Assembly: GCA_964247055.1 (NCBI GenBank) | Contig: OZ176059.1 | Span: forward strand, 3,100,001 to 3,164,000 | Length of the DNA stretch: 64,000 nt | Direction of reading: 5' to 3' | DNA from: Paragordius varius | Lineage: Eukaryota; Animalia; Nematomorpha | In this document: piece after piece, positions 58,122 to 64,000 of the stretch | How positions within the stretch are numbered: the first letter of the stretch is position 1 | How the letters are laid out: every line of letters starts with the position of its first letter | Notes under the pieces: generated by a model | Databases searched by the model: none | Told to the model about the DNA's origin: nothing | The model's input: only the letters and a program-made list of their open reading frames with translations | Translations under genes and position numbers: made by a program

Positions 58122-60240
58122 CTTACACAATCAATTTAATATTTTACAATTGTAATTAAATAATTTACAAGGGAAAAATTATGTTTTTTAAAGAGTATGG
58201 TTAGTTTTCATTTAATTAAAAGCATATGGTTGTCTTTATATTGTTACATTTTGTCCGTATAATTTCACATTTTTACTACATATAAGTTCAGAATCAGATT
58301 TGATTTTCCCCGGATCAGCTGATTATTTATTTATTTGACAAAAATTTAAATTAAAAAAGTATGGTTGGATGTCTTTTAGTTAAAAGTATATATGGTTGTT
58401 TTTATTTTGTTACATTTTGTCTGTATAATTTCAGCTTTTTACTAAAAGATTATCTTAGCAAAATTAGCTGATATACAGTATAAATTTACGGAAAAACAAA
58501 ATGTAAAAATATAGAAACAAATATTTTAAAAGACAACAAACCCCACACTATTTTAAAGCTCACAATATAACTGATTGATCAGTTGATATGGAGAAAACCA
58601 TCTCTGATTTTAAACCTATATACAGTAAAAAATTGTTGAAATTATACGGTAGGACTAACAAAACATAAAAAAATATAAAGACACACATATTTAGTTTTCT
58701 AATAGACAATAATATACTTTTTAAAGCTCAGAATTTATTTAAAATATAACTGATTGATCAGCTGATGTGGAAATATAATTATATCTGATTCTAAACCTAT
58801 ATACAGTAAAAATTGTTTAATTTATACGAACGGACGGACAAAACGTAAAAATATAAAGACAACCATATTTGGTTTTCTAAAAGACAAACATATTTGGTAA
58901 ATGTAAATTTTTGTTAAAATACAAATGATTGATCAGCTGATCTGGGAAATATCAGCTGATTTATACAGTAAAAATTGAATACGGACGAACAAAACGTAAA
59001 TATAAAGACAAAAATTTTTTTAAAAGACAAATATACTTTTTAAAAGACTTGAATTTTTTAACTAAATTATATAATTACAGAAAAAATTATGCGTATAAAA
59101 AAATTAAAGACAAATATTTTTTCTTAAAGACAACAAACCATACTTTTATAAATCTTGTTTTTTTAAATATAAATCATGGTTTTAAACTTTAAAGTATAAA
59201 ATTAAAATATTTACTGGTAACACAATCAATTATGTATTTTTCGATTGCAATTAAAGGTTTTTAAAAGTATGGGGTTATCTTTTAGTAAAAAATTTTTGTC
59301 TTTATATTTTTTCTCACATAAATTGTATAATTACAATTATATAATTAATAGTGTCACCAATATATAGATTCCAATTCTATAATTTGGATTTGAAACAATA
59401 AGTTTTATTTAGAAAAATGAATTATAAAACCAAAGTATGGATTGCCTTTTAAAAGAGCAAATATGGTTGTCTTTATATTTTTACACGTTTTATCCATCCG
59501 TATAATTTCAATAATTTTTACTGTATATCGGATTAAAATCAAAAATGATTTTTTCAAGATCAGCTGATCAATTAGTTTTTTTTAAATTAAGGTTTGAAAA
59601 AGTATGGTTGTTTTTTAGAAGAGCAAATATGGTTGTCTTTATAATTTTACACCTTTTATCCATCCGTATAATTTCAATAATTTTTACTATGTATATAGGA
59701 TTAAAATCAAAAATGATTTTTCCAGATCAGCTGATCAATTAGTTTTATTTAACAAAAAATTAAGGTTTGAAAAAGTATGAGGTTTTACTTTCTTTTAGAA
59801 ACCAAATATGGTTGTCTTTATATTTTACACGTTTTATCCATCCGTATAATTTCAATAATTTTTACTATGTATATAGGATTAAAATCAAAAATGATTTTTT
59901 TCAAGATCAGCTGATCAATTAGTTTTATTTAACAAAAAAAATTAAGGTTTGAAAAAGTATGAGGATTTGATTGTTTTTTAGAAGAGCAAATATGGTTGTC
60001 TTTTTATATTTTACACGTTTTATCTATCCATAGTATAATTTCAATAATTTTTACTGTATATAGGATTAAAATCAAAAATGATTTTTTCCAGATCAGCTGA
60101 TCAATTAGTTTTATTTAGAAGAAAAATTAAGGTTTTGAAAAAGTATGAGGATTTGATTGTCTTTTAGAAGAGCAAATATGGTTGTCTTTATAATTTTACA
60201 CGTTTTATCTATCCATAGTATAATTTCAATAATTTTTACT
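53280..60240. repeat. ~170-190-bp repeat family in blocks of alternating orientation
   Basis: Units with GATCAGCTGATC and ATACGGAC..ACAAAAYGTAAAAATATAAAGACAACC. Forward at ~53280-53500, 56130-57960, 58460-59150; reverse at ~54250-54500, 58190-58450, 59400-60240. Confidence 0.8.
58044..58099. repeat. (TA)n microsatellite; others at ~2589, 6528, 12294, 12338, 53611, 55246, 55922
   Basis: Direct reading of the sequence. Confidence 0.9.
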
Positions 60241-61155
60241 GTATATAGGAAATAAATTAAAATCTTTTATATTCTATTATATTTTCGTTCTGCAATATCA
60301 ATGGTTTTTTAATAAACATTCTTAAAGAAATTCAAATTCACCCCCTTGAACAATTTTAAAAAAATTAAAAATTCTAAAAATTATGAAAAAAAAGTAAAGT
60401 TTTTGATGTCAGGGTCTTGCTTTAAAAATATTCAAATAGGATATTTTAGATCTGTAAGCGAATTGTTTCTTAATTAAAAAGTAAAATTAATAAAAAAATT
60501 ATTTTTTGAATAAAACTAATGTTAAAAATGTATTAGGTATAAAAAAATATTTTTATTAAAAATATTAAAAATTATGAAAAAAAGGAAACTTTTTATAACT
60601 ATAATTTTAATCAAAAATATTAAAATTAATGAAAAAATTATTATCTTTAGAATAAAAAGAAATATTAAATCTAATGTTAAAAACGTATAATTCATTAATT
60701 TTATAAACAATAGTTTTTTTTGATAAATGTTATTAAGTGTTAAAATAATTTTTTTATAACTATTAAAAATTAATAAAGAAATTCTATTAAAACTCTAATT
60801 TTTAATTTAAATATTAAATTTAAAACAGTTTTTTATATCTTTTAAACTCTTATAATTTTTATATATATATTATAATATATTATATTTTTTAGTGTTTTAT
60901 TTATAACAGTTTTAAATTATTGTTGCTTAAATAATTTTTAAATCAACTGATATCGTAAACATACATCGCTATTAAAAATATTAAAAAAATCAGTTGTTTT
61001 AGTAAAATTAATAGGAACAAAATATATATTAAAAAATAAATTTATTTGGATTTATATATAAATATATAATTATAAATATAAAAAAATATTAAAATTTATA
61101 AAAATTATAAAAATAATATAAAGATTATAAAAATATTAATAAAAAATCAGCTGTT

Positions 61156-63599
61156 TTAATAGAAACATATGGGTCCCAACTCGTAACCCCAGGCATGTTC
61201 GGTCTTGCCTCCATTTTCTTCTTCTGTAAATTAAAAAAAATATTTTTGAAAAATTAATTAATTTATAAAAAATCTATTAAAAATAATTAAAAATTAATTA
61301 AAAAATGAAATTTTTTTTTAATAAAGCTTAAAATTAAAAATAAAAAATAAAAAAATAAAATTAATATTAAAAATAAAAAGACAAAATTAAATAAATAAAA
61401 AAATTAAAAAAATTATTTTTTTTATAAAAATTTATTAACAAAATCATTAATTAATAAAATTTAAAAAAATTTATAGGAAATAAAAACTACAAAAATAAAA
61501 TTAAAATACAAAAATTATGTAAAATATATTTTAAATAAAATAAAATGAAAAAATAAATAAATAATAAATTAAAAAAAATGAAAAAAAAAACCAAAAAATA
61601 TATAATATAAAAAAACAAATAAAAAAATTAAAAATAAAAAAAATTTAAAAATAAAAGTATATATAAAAATATTATATAAAACAATAAGAAAATAAGTAAA
61701 AGATAAAATTACTTAGAAAAAAAAAATTATAAAATAAAAAATAATAACAAAATAAAAAATAAAAATTATAAAAAATAAAAAAATAAATTAAAAAAATTAA
61801 AAGTTTAAAAAAATATAAAATCAAAAAATTAAAACATACACTTTAATTATTTTTTTTTAAAAAAAAAAATAAATTAAAAATTAAAAAAATAAAATATAAA
61901 ATCAAAAAAATTAAAAAATATTATATTAAAAAAATTAAAATAAAAATAAAAACAATAAGAAAATAAAAATAAATCTACTTAGAAAAAATAAAATTTATAA
62001 AATAAAAAATAATAAAAAATAAAAAATCAAAATTATTTAAAAAATAAAAAAAAATTAAAAAAATTAAAAGTTTAAAAAAATAAAAATAAAAAAAAATAAA
62101 ATTTTTTAAAAAAATATTTCAAAAAAAACAATTAATTAATACAAAATAAAATAAATTAAAAAAATCATTAAAAATAAAATAAAAAATTAATCAAAATTAA
62201 AAGAATTACTTTTATAATCATTGAAGGCAAAATCTAAAATTTAATATTATTTAAAAACTAAAAAAATAAATTATTAAAAGAATAAATAAATAATTAATCA
62301 ATAGAATAAAAAAAATAAATATAAATAAAAAAAAATATTAAAAATAAAAAAAAATAAAATATAAAATTAAAAAAATTATAAAAAGAAGTTAAAATAATTA
62401 ATTTGAAAAAATAAAAATATATAAATAAATAAATATAAATATAAATTATAAAATAATAAATATAAAAATAAAAAAAACCCAAAAATAAATAAAAAATATT
62501 AAAAAAAATAAAAAATTAAAAATAAAAAAAATACTTTTATAATTATTAAACGCAAAATCTAAAATTGGTAAAGTAATTTTTTCGCGCGCCATTTTTGTCA
62601 AATCAGCTGTTTTTTCTTTTTTTTCAATCAGCTGAAGAACCGTGTTACTGAGAGTGCTACTTGAATTCTGGAAAAATCGATAAAATAAAAAAACTAACAA
62701 ATTTTGAATAATAATAATTTATTAAAATTAATTTTAATTTAATTATTTAATTTTTTAAATAAATATTTTTATTAACTTTTATTTTTATAACTTTGAAAAT
62801 TTTTAATTTTTTTTTCTAATTAAATAATTAAAAATAATTTATAATATTTGGAAAATTATCAAAAAAATTAAATTAATTTTTAAAATTTAAATATTTTATA
62901 TATTATTATTTAATTTAATTATATGTTTAACAAAATAATATTTATTATTTTATTAATTTTTATTAAAAAATTTTAAATTTTACTAAAAGTGCTGCCCATA
63001 GAATTCTAGAAAAATCGAAAAAATATTAATAACAAATTTTTAATATATTAAATTTTTATAATTTTAATTATTTTATATTATTTCAAATTATTATTTATTT
63101 ATATTTAATTTTTGAAAATAATTTTATATAAAATATTATATAAATTTAAAAAAGTTTTGAAATTTTATTAATAAAAAGCATGTTTTTCAGTCGTAGATTC
63201 TAAAAAAATATATTTATTAATAAATTAATATTTTAATTAATAATTTTTTAATTATAAAATGCTATATTTATATATATTAATACAAAAAATATTTAGATTA
63301 ATATGATAAATAACATTCTAATTAAATTTAAATAAAATTTAAAAATATTTTAGAAAAAATAAAATAAATAAATTTTAAATTAAATTTTAATAAAATAAAA
63401 TTTTTTTATTTTATATAAAAATTTAATGTAATTAAAATAAAATAATTAATAAAAATTAAAATATTTTTTTTTAAATCTAAATAAATTACTTGACAACCAT
63501 CAAATAAAATTTCTAAAACAGCTGATTGGCGATCAGCTGATTTTTCTGGCATTGAAACAATGTTGCCTTCCGAATCAATAAACTGTAAACTTTCGCTTT
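61156..63599 (-). CDS. 3' part of an unidentified protein-coding gene; exons 63490-63599, 62535-62667, 61156-61223 (5' part lies beyond the window)
   Basis: Three GC-richer islands in AT-only introns, bounded by AG/GT with compatible phases (0,1), read ...SESLQFIDSEGNIVSMPEKSADRQSAVLEILFDGCQ/NSSSTLSNTVLQLIEKKEKTADLTKMAREKITLPILDFAFNNYK/KEENGGKTEHAWGYELGPICFY*. The minus strand of the introns is T-rich, as expected for a sense strand. Family not recognised. Confidence 0.7.
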
Positions 63600-64000
63600 C
63601 TAAAAAATATTATAAATAAAAATAAAAATTAAAATATGTATTTAATTTATTTAAAAAAAATAAAAAAAATAAAAAAATATAATAAAATATATAAAAAATA
63701 GTTTAATAATATAAATCAAAAATTATTAAATAATAAATAATTGAATATTTAAATAATAAAAAAAAATTTATAAAAAAGTATAAAAAAATTGTTTATAAAT
63801 AATATAAATACTAAATTTAAAAATAAATTTATAAAAAAAAATATAAAATAATTCTTTTAAAATTTAATAAAATCAAATAAATTAATTACTAAGAAATAAT
63901 TATTTATATATATATATATATATATACATTTTTTAATTTTAAATATTTTTATAAATTATTATTTAAAAAATAAAAATAATATGTTTAAATTTTTTTACCT

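Noticed and set aside
60522-62482. Phe/Ile/Leu-rich ORFs (60522, 62294, and similar at 26372, 28348)
   Set aside because: Chance ORFs in AT-only intronic or intergenic DNA.
61156-62667. Resemblance of DFAFNNYK...HAWGYELGP to the GH47 mannosidase HAWxxYxxYAWGxDELxP motif
   Set aside because: The spacing differs, the Asp is missing, and the ORF stops a few codons later, where the catalytic domain should begin.

Overview
A very AT-rich (roughly 80% AT by eye) invertebrate-animal genomic window, reconstructed by hand. It contains SURF4 (+ strand, 5 exons, 1978-13153, 306 aa), 60S ribosomal protein L5 (- strand, 7 coding exons, 17644-31925, 313 aa, first intron only 26 nt) and the last three exons of an unidentified - strand gene (61156-63599). 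SURF4 intron 4 holds a decayed APE-RT LINE that was itself hit by three copies of an abundant foldback-type MITE with 21-bp subterminal repeats. The 32-50 kb region is a tandem amplification of a ~5.4-kb unit that carries the RPL5 upstream region, and 53-60 kb is a ~170-190-bp repeat in alternating orientations. Most striking: the ends of most exons are repeated outward into the flanking intron as truncated 'echo' copies. Several echoes differ from the intact exon only at synonymous sites, which is not what dead fragments should show. RPL5 exon-5 echoes preserve an in-frame, longer, fixed-length hypervariable version of a protein loop. About 100 CAGCTG sites (hand count) saturate the gene bodies and also encode extra protein segments absent from typical orthologs.
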